From Deltaproteobacteria bacterium (GTDB lineage: Bacteria; JAGRBM01; JAHCIT01), in the NCBI GenBank assembly GCA_026129095.1, contig JAHCIT010000002.1, forward strand, positions 512,530 to 560,773: a stretch of DNA of 48,244 nt, read 5' to 3'. Within the stretch, counting starts at the first letter, position 1. Each line of letters begins with the position of its first letter. The notes under the pieces are model-generated. The model had not been told where the DNA came from. It worked only from the letters and a program-made list of their open reading frames with translations, and did no database searches. The position numbers and the translations under genes were made by a program. Positions 12,206 through 19,979 of this stretch are shown here, piece after piece.

Positions 12206-12472
12206 TTGAAGAAGAGCCGTTTTAGTGAAGAGCAGATCATTGGAGTCCTGAAGGAGCATGAGGCCGGGACGGCGGTGGAGGATCTCGCCCGCCGCCACGG
12301 GATCAGCGCGGGCACGCTGTACCGCTGGAAGGCGAAATACGGCGGGCTGGAAGTGTCGGACGCCAGGCGTCTGAACGCGCTGGAAGAGGAAAACCGCAAG
12401 CTCAAGCAGCTGGTGGCCGATCAGGCGCTGGACCTTCAGGCGGCACGGGCGATCATCGCAAAAAAGTGGTGA
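12206..12472 (+). CDS. IS3-family transposase OrfA (HTH + leucine zipper)
   Basis: 'KKSRFSEEQIIGVLKEHEAG...LYRWKAKYGG...LEEENRKLKQLVA'; TTG start after GGAG. Confidence 0.95.
   Translation: MKKSRFSEEQIIGVLKEHEAGTAVEDLARRHGISAGTLYRWKAKYGGLEVSDARRLNALEEENRKLKQLVADQALDLQAARAIIAKKW
12460..12466 (+). promoter_or_regulatory. -1 programmed ribosomal frameshift site (A AAA AAG)
   Basis: A6G at the orfA/orfB overlap followed by a GC-rich potential hairpin; canonical for the IS3 family. Confidence 0.85.
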
Positions 12473-13350
12473 CGCCCGCCGCGAGACGGGAGGCGTGCGA
12501 GTTCGCGGAGAACGAGCACGGCCTTCCGGAGCGGCGGGCCTGCCGGCTGGTGCGCCAGTGGCGCAGCGTGCAGCGCTACCGGCCCCGGCCGAAAGACGAC
12601 GGGCCGCTGAGGGAAAAACTCAGGGCGCTGGCGGCCGAGAGACGCCGGTGGGGTCACCGGCGGCTTCACCAGGTGCTCAGACGCGAGGGCTGGAGGGATA
12701 ACCTGAAAAGGGTCGTGCGCGTCTACCGGGAGGAAAAGCTCCAGGTGAAGAGCCGCAAACGGAAGAAAGTGGCACGCGGTGAAAGGAAACCGCTCGAAGC
12801 GCCCGTGCGGGCGAACCAGAGATGGAGCATGGACTTCATGAGCGACACGCTGTGGGACGGACGGAGTATCCGGGTGCTGAACGTGGTGGACGACTTCACG
12901 CGGGAGGCACTGCCGTCGGAGACGGACACGTCGCTGCCGGGCCTCAGGGTGGCGCGGGTGCTGGACCGGCTGATCGCGGAACGGGGAAAACCGGAGGCGA
13001 TTGTCTGCGACAACGGCCCGGAGTTCACCGGAACGGCCATGGACCAGTGGGCGTTCGAGAGCAAAGTCCGGCTGGCGTTCATCGAGCCGGGAAAGCCCGT
13101 CCAGAACGCCTTCGTGGAGAGTTTCAACGGACGGATGCGGGACGAGTGCCTGAACGAGAACTGGTGGGTGAGCCTGGAGGACGCCCGGGCGGGGATCGAA
13201 GCGTTCCGCCAGGACTACAACCGGAACCGCCCCCACGGATCGCTCGGCTGGAAGACGCCCAAGGAGTTCGCCGCTGGCTTGCCGCCCCTCGGGGCGGCAA
13301 GCCAGCCTGAAGGAAGCAAGATGTTCAACCCGCCGGAGATTTCAGTTTAG
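12466..13350 (+). CDS. IS3-family transposase OrfB (DDE/rve domain)
   Basis: 'WSMDF', 'VVDDFTRE', 'CDNGPEF', 'QNAFVESFNGRMRDECLNE'; intact reading frame. Confidence 0.96.
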   Translation: MVTPAARREACEFAENEHGLPERRACRLVRQWRSVQRYRPRPKDDGPLREKLRALAAERRRWGHRRLHQVLRREGWRDNLKRVVRVYREEKLQVKSRKRKKVARGERKPLEAPVRANQRWSMDFMSDTLWDGRSIRVLNVVDDFTREALPSETDTSLPGLRVARVLDRLIAERGKPEAIVCDNGPEFTGTAMDQWAFESKVRLAFIEPGKPVQNAFVESFNGRMRDECLNENWWVSLEDARAGIEAFRQDYNRNRPHGSLGWKTPKEFAAGLPPLGAASQPEGSKMFNPPEISV

Positions 13351-13377
13351 TCCGGACCTAAAGTGGGGTACGGGTCA
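13332..13377 (-). repeat. IS right terminal inverted repeat
   Basis: Reverse complement reads TGACCCGTACCCCACTTTAGGTCCGGACTAAACTGAAATCTCCGGC. Confidence 0.9.
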
Positions 13378-14796
13378 GCTGCCCAGAATACGTTGCTTGA
13401 TGATTTCCAGCTGGTGCTGGAAGTTATCGTCATTCTCACGACGGAATTTCATCTGGTCCACCGCATACATCACAGTAGTATGGTCTTTACCGCCAAAGGC
13501 AGTACCAATCATCGGAAAGCTGGCGTCAGTCAATTCACGGCACATGTACATCGCGACCTGCCGGGCCAGCGCCAGATGGCGGAACCGCCGACGTGAAAGG
13601 ATCTCCTCGTAAGATACGTCATAGTAGGTGGATACCTGGCGGATAATGGCCTCGATGGTTGGCTTCCGAGGCAGCTCGACAACAACGGGCCTGAAAAGTG
13701 GCGCGATCCGGTCCAGTGACGGTGCTTCCCGGGTCATTGAACAGTGGGCAATCACCTTGGTGAGCGAACCCTCCAGTTCACGCATGTGGACACCACAATG
13801 CTTGGCCAGAAACAGCATCACGTCATCAGGCATGTGAAACCGGTATTCATCGGCCTTTGCCTTGAGAATGGCCAGCTTGGTTTCGATATCCGGGGGCTTC
13901 ACATCTGCGGTCAGGCCCCACTCGAACCGGCTGATGATTCGCTCCTCAATGCCTTTCAGCTCGTCAGGGTGCTTGTCACAGGTGAGTACGATCTGCTTGT
14001 TGGCCGAGTAAAGCTCGTCGAAGACATGGAAAAACTCGTTCTGCGTGGCGTCCTTGTCGGCAATGAACTGGATGTCGTCAATCAGCAGCAGATCGCATTC
14101 GTGCCTGTAAAGACGGCGAAGTTCCTCGGTACGGCGTGTTTGCAGCGCGGTAATCACGTCGTTGGTGAAGTCCTCGCCAGACGCATAGACCACGCGCATC
14201 TTGGGCGACAGTTTCAGGAGTTCGTGGCCGATGGCGTTCAGCAGGTGCGTTTTGCCGAGCCCGACGCCGCCGTAAATGAACAGGGGGTTATAGGCCAGCC
14301 GTGTCATCATCGAGGAGGAGCGCGAGCCGTCGGCCACGGCTTTGGCGGCTGCATGCGCAAACTGGTTGCCGTTGCCGACGATGTAACGGTCGAACGTAAA
14401 ATGGTCGATCAGCCGGCGCCGCATCAGGCGGTGACGGGGCGGGTCGTTCCGTGTGCTGTCCGGAGCCGGTTGCACAGATGGGCTGGGTAGTGTGCCGGTG
14501 GTCGATGGAGCATTAAGTGACGAATCGCCCGAGGAGCCGTTTTGCGGAACGAAATTGATACGCACGTCGAGTTCGGTGCGGCCAGCTGTTTCTGTAACAA
14601 CGTTCCGGATCAGGGGCAGGATGTCGGAACTTTCTATCTCTTTTTTGGCGATCTGGTTGGGTGTCTCCAGCACGAGCAAACGATCATCACTTTCTGGTGA
14701 GACCTTCAGCGGTTTGATCCACATATTAAAGCGATGGTTATCCAGGGATTGCAGCAAACGCTCGCGTGAATCGTGCCAAACCTGTTCCTGTTTCAT
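13375..14796 (-). CDS. dnaA: Chromosomal replication initiator DnaA
   Basis: 'FNMWIKPL', 'YNPLFIYGGVGLGKTHLL', 'LLLIDDIQF', 'SRFEWGL', 'ARQVAMY', 'FGGKDHTTV'; the stop codon lies within the IS end. Confidence 0.99.
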   Translation of the reverse strand: MKQEQVWHDSRERLLQSLDNHRFNMWIKPLKVSPESDDRLLVLETPNQIAKKEIESSDILPLIRNVVTETAGRTELDVRINFVPQNGSSGDSSLNAPSTTGTLPSPSVQPAPDSTRNDPPRHRLMRRRLIDHFTFDRYIVGNGNQFAHAAAKAVADGSRSSSMMTRLAYNPLFIYGGVGLGKTHLLNAIGHELLKLSPKMRVVYASGEDFTNDVITALQTRRTEELRRLYRHECDLLLIDDIQFIADKDATQNEFFHVFDELYSANKQIVLTCDKHPDELKGIEERIISRFEWGLTADVKPPDIETKLAILKAKADEYRFHMPDDVMLFLAKHCGVHMRELEGSLTKVIAHCSMTREAPSLDRIAPLFRPVVVELPRKPTIEAIIRQVSTYYDVSYEEILSRRRFRHLALARQVAMYMCRELTDASFPMIGTAFGGKDHTTVMYAVDQMKFRRENDDNFQHQLEIIKQRILGS

Positions 14797-14819
14797 TCTG
14801 CCCTCTCAAGAATGTGCTC

Positions 14820-15340
14820 AGGTGATCAGCAATTACCCACAGCTTTTCCCGGCCGGTGGATAACTCATCAAGCAGTAACGCTTTGGAGATGCTACAAGAG
14901 CATCTAACCAATTGAATTTTTTGGCAAAATTCCCTTCTTCACCAGCCGGGCACCTACTCCCGGCTGGGTCCGAATCAGCCCTTCAACTTGTTACGGGTTG
15001 TCCCCGTGACCACCAAGGTTGGAAAAACTATAGTCGGCTCTTGTGTAACTTCAACGGCACACCAAATAAGAATTATAACCTGCTAAAATTACAGGAGAAA
15101 AACCGGGCAAACAACGACACACATTTCCACAGGAAATTCCCCCAATACTGTGGAAAACCAGCCAACTCATTGAAATCAAACTGGAAATGGTCTTTCTGGC
15201 AAAACTGTTGGTAACTCTGCAAACAATAAATCCAATGTTATTAATAACTTGGCCCGATATCTCGGCGGCCTGTTGTGTACAACAACCGGAAATGAAACGG
15301 ATTTGGTACATATAGGCTTTTCTGACTTCTCCACATTGCC
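14820..15340. promoter_or_regulatory. dnaA upstream region with DnaA-box cluster (autoregulation or second half of a bipartite oriC)
   Basis: TTACCCACA 14833-14841; TTATCCACC(-) 14855-14863; ATTTCCACA 15123-15131; TTTTCCACA(-) 15149-15157; TTCTCCACA 15327-15335; all in an AT-enriched non-coding gap. Confidence 0.7.
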
Positions 15341-15456
15341 CTATCGGTACGGAAATTATCTTAGGGAAGACGGGTTTCGCCTCTGGCCGTGCAAGCGTGT
15401 TATCACAGGCTGGTAAGAGGTTTTGACCGTTATTTCCTGACAGGAGTTGTGCACCC

Positions 15457-16293
15457 ATGAGCCCCGTACTGCAGGGATTCATACCGCAGAGACTGCTTTC
15501 ATCTTTTCTCGGCTGGATGGGGCATGTTCGGCGTCCGCGGTGGCTAGTGCACCGTTTTGTCGTGTGGTTTGCGCGGCACTACGGTGTCAATCTGGAAGAA
15601 GCCGAACACCCCATCGGACACTACGAATCATTTACCAGCTTTTTTACCAGGCGGCTGAAGCCGGGGCTGAGACGGTTTCCGGATGCTCCGCAGGCCATTG
15701 GTTCCCCGGCCGACGGTACGGTGGCGGCAAGCGGAGTTGTGACGGCAGGCCGCGCCATCCAGGCCAAGGGGATCGACTACCGTCTTGAGGATCTTCTCTG
15801 CGACCGGGAGCTGGCCGGTGCGTTCGAAGGCGGCACTTATAGGACAATCTACCTTTCACCTAAAGATTACCATCGTGTTCATGCACCCTGTTCTGGTGTC
15901 CTGCGGCGGCGAATCCATGGTGGCGGCAGGCTCTTTTCCGTGTCAGCGAGCACCGTCGCACAAGTGCCCAACATTTTTGCCGGTAATGAGCGCGTGGTCC
16001 TGGAGTTTGACGACGGTTCCAACGGCCGGTGGATGATCGTGCTTGTTGGTGCGCTGGTCGTTGGCGGCATTGAAACCGTCTGGGAGGGAACTGTGAACCC
16101 GCTCCGGAAAGGTATGAAATCGGACCGGGTATTCGAGGGGATGATCAGGGTCAGCCGGGGCGATGAAATAGGCCTGTTCCGTGCCGGTTCCACGGTGATC
16201 TGTTTTTGGCAGAAGGGACGGGTCCGGCTGGAACCGTTCGGCGACAACGCGCCGGTGAAGCTGGGGGAAACGATCGGGGAGCGGGATGTGTGA
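15457..16293 (+). CDS. psd: Phosphatidylserine decarboxylase proenzyme
   Basis: 'FFTRRLKPGLR', 'SPADG', 'YLSPKDYHRVHAP', 'NERVV', 'LVGALVVG', 'GDEIGLFRAGSTV' self-cleavage site. Confidence 0.93.
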   Translation: MSPVLQGFIPQRLLSSFLGWMGHVRRPRWLVHRFVVWFARHYGVNLEEAEHPIGHYESFTSFFTRRLKPGLRRFPDAPQAIGSPADGTVAASGVVTAGRAIQAKGIDYRLEDLLCDRELAGAFEGGTYRTIYLSPKDYHRVHAPCSGVLRRRIHGGGRLFSVSASTVAQVPNIFAGNERVVLEFDDGSNGRWMIVLVGALVVGGIETVWEGTVNPLRKGMKSDRVFEGMIRVSRGDEIGLFRAGSTVICFWQKGRVRLEPFGDNAPVKLGETIGERDV

Positions 16294-16319
16294 TAACATA
16301 AAAGTAGTTGATGTTTATG

Positions 16320-17111
16320 TTATCTATTCCTCCGCTGCTTCTTTTCCTGTATGCCCGACATACCGAACCGGCGGTCCAGCTCTCCCCACATGTCCGTAAG
16401 AGGAATACCGGCACCTTCCAGCACAACAAGGAAGTGATACAGGACATCTGCCGCCTCATAGATGACGGCGGCTTTTGTCTGTGAGGCTGTCCGGGTGTGC
16501 GCCTTGCCCTTCCCTGCCTTTTCGAGATCTGCCGTGGCGAGCAGTAGCTCGCTTGCCTCTTCGAGCAGCTTTTTCCCGCGCTTTTCAGCTGACTGGGACA
16601 ACAGTTTCGCCGTATAGCTGGAATCCGGCTTTGCCGTGCGCCGCGTGCGAATAGTCCGTAGAAGTTCAAACAGGACGCGTGAGTTTGCACGGGCAGGAGA
16701 TTTTCCAAATGGCGCCGTCTGATAAAAGCAGGTGGGTGCCCCCGTGTGACAGGCAACGCCTGTCTGGTCCACGCGAGCTATCAGCGTATCGCCGTCGCAG
16801 TCGAGTTCGAGCGACTCAATGCGCTGGACATGGCCGGTTGTCCCGCCTTTTTTCCAGAGTGACCCGCGCGAACGGGACCAGAAATGTGTAAAGCCGGTCT
16901 TGATAGCCAGCTCCAGGGCGCGCCTGTTCGCCCAGGCGAGCATGAGCAGTTCACCAGTCTCACGATCGACGACAGCCACCGGCACAAGGCCTTTCTCGTC
17001 GAACCGGACACGGGCAATGAGCTTGGCGGGGCGGATTCGCTCCGGGGGTGGTGCCTTTGGTGGTATGTTTTTCCGGGCAGGGGTTTTGGGTGCTGTTTTT
17101 ACGGCAGGCAT
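16320..17111 (-). CDS. hisIE: Bifunctional phosphoribosyl-AMP cyclohydrolase / phosphoribosyl-ATP pyrophosphatase
   Basis: 'FWSRSRGSLWKKG', 'DCDGDT', 'ACHTG...CF', 'SYTAKL', 'EEASE', 'EAADVLYH'; start set at ATG 17111 behind AGGAG. Confidence 0.93.
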   Translation of the reverse strand: MPAVKTAPKTPARKNIPPKAPPPERIRPAKLIARVRFDEKGLVPVAVVDRETGELLMLAWANRRALELAIKTGFTHFWSRSRGSLWKKGGTTGHVQRIESLELDCDGDTLIARVDQTGVACHTGAPTCFYQTAPFGKSPARANSRVLFELLRTIRTRRTAKPDSSYTAKLLSQSAEKRGKKLLEEASELLLATADLEKAGKGKAHTRTASQTKAAVIYEAADVLYHFLVVLEGAGIPLTDMWGELDRRFGMSGIQEKKQRRNR

Positions 17112-17198
17112 CGTGACGAGACGGGCTCCTTTCCTGTCCTTCGTCAGAAACAGGAACGGGTGAGTATACACGCACATCAGGGAATTTGGTTGGAGCGG

Positions 17199-17214
17199 TG
17201 TTCCACGTGGAACA
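17199..17214. promoter_or_regulatory. parS centromere-like site
   Basis: Perfect palindrome TGTTCCACGTGGAACA matching the widespread bacterial parS consensus; origin-proximal. Confidence 0.92.
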
Positions 17215-17267
17215 ATGAGCAGATAAAAGACTGAAAAAGCTGCAATCAGGCCTTTACCCCGCCCTGC

Positions 17268-17291
17268 CCGTCTCCCATTAATGGGAGACGG
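17268..17291. repeat. Perfect 24-bp palindrome in the hisIE/hisF divergent intergenic region
   Basis: CCGTCTCCCATT|AATGGGAGACGG. Confidence 0.85.
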
Positions 17292-17332
17292 CTATCCGGT
17301 AACGGTGGACGGGAACACGAGGGAAACACGCG

Positions 17333-18112
17333 TTGCTTGCCAAGCGGATTATTCCCTGCCTGGACGTAAAGGACGGGCGGGTCGTCAAAGGGGTCAACTT
17401 CGTCAATCTCCGGGATGCCGGCGACCCGGTCGAAATTGCCAGGGCCTATAACGACCAGCGAGCCGACGAACTGTGCTTTCTCGACATCACCGCTTCCCAT
17501 GAGGCCCGTGACATCATGTTGGATGTGGTCCGGCGGACCGCGGAAACAGTATTCATGCCGCTTACTGTGGGCGGCGGCGTCCGGACCATTGAGGATATCC
17601 GGAAACTGCTGGAAGCCGGCGCCGATAAAGTTTCAATCAATACGGCTGCCGTGGATCGGCCGGCGCTGGTGGAGGAAGCCGCACTCGCCTTCGGCTCCCA
17701 AGCGATTGTTGTGGCCGTGGACGCCCGGCGGGTGACGGATTCCGACGCACCCCGCTGGGAAGTATTTACGCACGGAGGTCGCCGGGAAACAGGTCTCGAT
17801 GCGGTCACCTGGGCTTGGGAGATGGCCCGCCGGGGGGCAGGGGAGATACTGCTTACCAGCATGGATCGGGATGGCACCGGTGAGGGGTATGACATCGGGC
17901 TTACCCGTGCGGTGGTGAAGGCGGTACCGGTACCGGTGATAGCCTCCGGCGGGGTGGGTAAGGTGGAGCACTTCTATGAGGGGCTTGCCGAGGCAGGGGC
18001 CGATGGAGCCCTGGCGGCGGGGGTTTTTCATTTCGGCCAGCTTACGATTGGCCAGGTCCGGGCCTATTTAAGAAAGAATGGCGTTCCGGTCCGCCACGAT
18101 CCGCGACTATAG
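17333..18112 (+). CDS. hisF: Imidazole glycerol phosphate synthase cyclase subunit
   Basis: '[23 protein letters not shown]', 'FLDITAS', '[11 protein letters not shown]', '[11 protein letters not shown]'. Confidence 0.98.
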   Translation: MLAKRIIPCLDVKDGRVVKGVNFVNLRDAGDPVEIARAYNDQRADELCFLDITASHEARDIMLDVVRRTAETVFMPLTVGGGVRTIEDIRKLLEAGADKVSINTAAVDRPALVEEAALAFGSQAIVVAVDARRVTDSDAPRWEVFTHGGRRETGLDAVTWAWEMARRGAGEILLTSMDRDGTGEGYDIGLTRAVVKAVPVPVIASGGVGKVEHFYEGLAEAGADGALAAGVFHFGQLTIGQVRAYLRKNGVPVRHDPRL

Positions 18113-18169
18113 CTATAATTGGCGGGGCCGCCACGGTTCACCACGCCTTGCCACGCTTCAACCAGGGTA

Positions 18170-18185
18170 TGTTCCACGTGGAACA
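18170..18185. promoter_or_regulatory. parS centromere-like site (second identical copy)
   Basis: TGTTCCACGTGGAACA, identical to 17199-17214. Confidence 0.92.
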
Positions 18186-18218
18186 CGGCTTTGACCTGAC
18201 TGTGGAAGGTCAAAAACT

Positions 18219-18250
18219 GACGACTGGAGCCCTTTCGGGGTCCAGCCGTC
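18219..18250. terminator. Hairpin between convergent genes (possible bidirectional terminator)
   Basis: GACGACTGGAGCCC-TTTC-GGGGTCCAGCCGTC with an A-run upstream. Confidence 0.5.
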
Positions 18251-18327
18251 TTCTGCAAGCGGCCTCGCTTAAGAGTTGGTCCTTTTCCGGTCCTTCAGTT
18301 CCTTCTGTCCCACATCTTTATTTTTTC

Positions 18328-18717
18328 TTACTTCCGGACCAGATACAGGGACTCTTCAGCGGTGTCGCCATCCAGAACAATGGCATTGGGGCCGAGCCTG
18401 GAGATCCGGTACGTTCCCGTAAGCGGTCCCGAGAGCTCGACGAGGTCATCATTCAGCCGGACTACGGAACCGTTTTCGGCTCCTCGGCGGCTGATCTTTT
18501 CAACGGTAAAACGAGAGATATTCAGGGCGAAGCTGTCAGCGGCGACCACCCGGCCTGAGGTAGTGGACTCCATCACCTGGACTTCCCATTGGCCCGAAAT
18601 ATCGCTTCGGCCTGTGTAAAGCGCAGCCTGCGCTCCGGTGAAAATTCCAAGTCCCAAGGCAGCTGCGGCAATGCCGGCGGCTCCAAGCTGGCGAACCCTT
18701 TTTCCATCGCGGATCAT
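18328..18717 (-). CDS. Small exported hypothetical protein (beta-rich, lipocalin-like 'ISGQWEV')
   Basis: AGGAGG RBS before ATG 18717; signal peptide ending AQA. Confidence 0.6.
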   Translation of the reverse strand: MIRDGKRVRQLGAAGIAAAALGLGIFTGAQAALYTGRSDISGQWEVQVMESTTSGRVVAADSFALNISRFTVEKISRRGAENGSVVRLNDDLVELSGPLTGTYRISRLGPNAIVLDGDTAEESLYLVRK

Positions 18718-19012
18718 GACATGCGCCTCCTGAAAATGGCGTCCTGAACTGCCATGAATACGCACAGGCCATGCCATTGGGGAAAGGCAGGGGTATAAGC
18801 AATGCTAGTAGACGGTAACTACTGGAGAATTCGCCTGTGGACAGAGAGGTGGAAACGAATTAGCAGGCGCCGATAATTCTCATTCTGAGGCGGAATGAAA
18901 TCCCAAATTGAGATGGAATCTCAACTTGGGAATCGGTGGAGAATCCGAGTTATGTATTTTTGTGGTGGCATTCCCACAGGCCAGGATTATGGATCCCGGA
19001 CGAAAACGACGC

Positions 19013-19933
19013 TCAGGGCTGTGGCGCCTGGCGGTTCTTGGGATGGTTGGGGTGATCCTCGGGCCACTCTATAAGCGGAGGCGGCTCCGTGGCGCGTGGC
19101 CGCCGGGGACGTTTGGGTGGTGCGGCGTCAGCAGGAGGTGTTTCAGCTTCCGGAACCGGAGAGGGGGGCGGCGGTGCCGGTTCTGGCTCTGGGGGTGGAG
19201 GCAGTACGGGTTCGGACGGGGCAGTTTCGGCTGGCGGTGGCTGGTAACGCACCAGAGCCCTTTCGCCTTCTTTCATCACCGAATTGATCTCTTCCTGCGT
19301 GAGACCCATCTCCTTCAACGCTTCTTGGGCAGAATGACGCCACCGGACGGCATCCCGGCCAACGGGCGGAAGGGTGAGATATTTGAGAAAGGCATAGATC
19401 GATTCTGGCTGCCGGCGAAGGCTCTGAAGTGCACGGCCCATGTTGTACCAAGTATCGGCGTAGTCGGGTTTCAGTTCGAGTGCCTTTTGGTACTGGACCA
19501 AGGCATCGTCCACTTTCGCCTTTTCGTGATAAACGGAACCAATGTTGTAGTAGATAGACGGGATTGTCGGATCGAGGGCAAACGCCTTTTCGTACTGTTC
19601 CATGGCTGCATCGAGTTCGCCGCTGTCGTCCAGTGCTGTGCCGAGCATATTGTAATAATTTGCGTTATTTGGATCGAGTTCGATCGCCTTGCGGTAATGG
19701 TACAAAGACAGCTTGAACTGTCGGTCTTCCTGGAGGGCGCGGGCCAGTTCGGCATGGACAACAGGGCTGGCGGGATTGTCGACAACCTTGTCCTGGCGGG
19801 CTCGGATCACCCGCCGACGGTCGGCTGAACTCATCTCGTAGAGCGGACCTTTCGGCAGGCAGCCGGAAATGGAAACCGCCAGAAGCGAAAAGCAGAGGAA
19901 GGTTGCAGTTTTTCGAGAGAGCGGGTTCAGCAC
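19013..19933 (-). CDS. TPR-repeat lipoprotein with Pro-rich C-terminal tail
   Basis: Lipobox 'ISGC'; repeats 'YRKAIELDPN', 'YEKAFALDP', 'YQKALELKPDYADTWYNMG'; start (GTG 19933) inferred. Confidence 0.85.
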   Translation of the reverse strand: MLNPLSRKTATFLCFSLLAVSISGCLPKGPLYEMSSADRRRVIRARQDKVVDNPASPVVHAELARALQEDRQFKLSLYHYRKAIELDPNNANYYNMLGTALDDSGELDAAMEQYEKAFALDPTIPSIYYNIGSVYHEKAKVDDALVQYQKALELKPDYADTWYNMGRALQSLRRQPESIYAFLKYLTLPPVGRDAVRWRHSAQEALKEMGLTQEEINSVMKEGERALVRYQPPPAETAPSEPVLPPPPEPEPAPPPPSPVPEAETPPADAAPPKRPRRPRATEPPPLIEWPEDHPNHPKNRQAPQP

Positions 19934-19979
19934 AGTGGCCTTTAGTGTAAACGAACCGGGCGCCGGTTGCGCAAGGAAT

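Larger units (their letters stand above)
12101..13377 (+). mobile_element. Complete IS3-family insertion sequence (IS407-like), 1277 bp, with 4-bp target duplication GCTG
   Basis: Ends TGACCCG...CGGGTCA; imperfect terminal IRs of about 46 bp; GCTG at 12097-12100 and 13378-13381; orfA/orfB with A6G slippery site; visibly higher GC than the flanks. Confidence 0.97.

Noticed and set aside
12436-13236. 266-aa minus-strand ORF inside the IS
   Set aside because: Antisense frame of IS3-family orfB, commonly open; no evidence of a passenger gene
13375-13400. Possible truncation or pseudogenisation of dnaA by the IS
   Set aside because: The reconstructed empty site gives the identical C-terminus (...ILGS-stop)
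15292-15315. ATG AAA CGG ('MKR...') divergent from dnaA, where rpmH usually lies
   Set aside because: Stops after 7 codons (MKRIWYI); not L34
18869-18876. GCCGATAA sigma28 -10-like motif
   Set aside because: No properly spaced TAAA -35, and it points away from any plausible plus-strand gene
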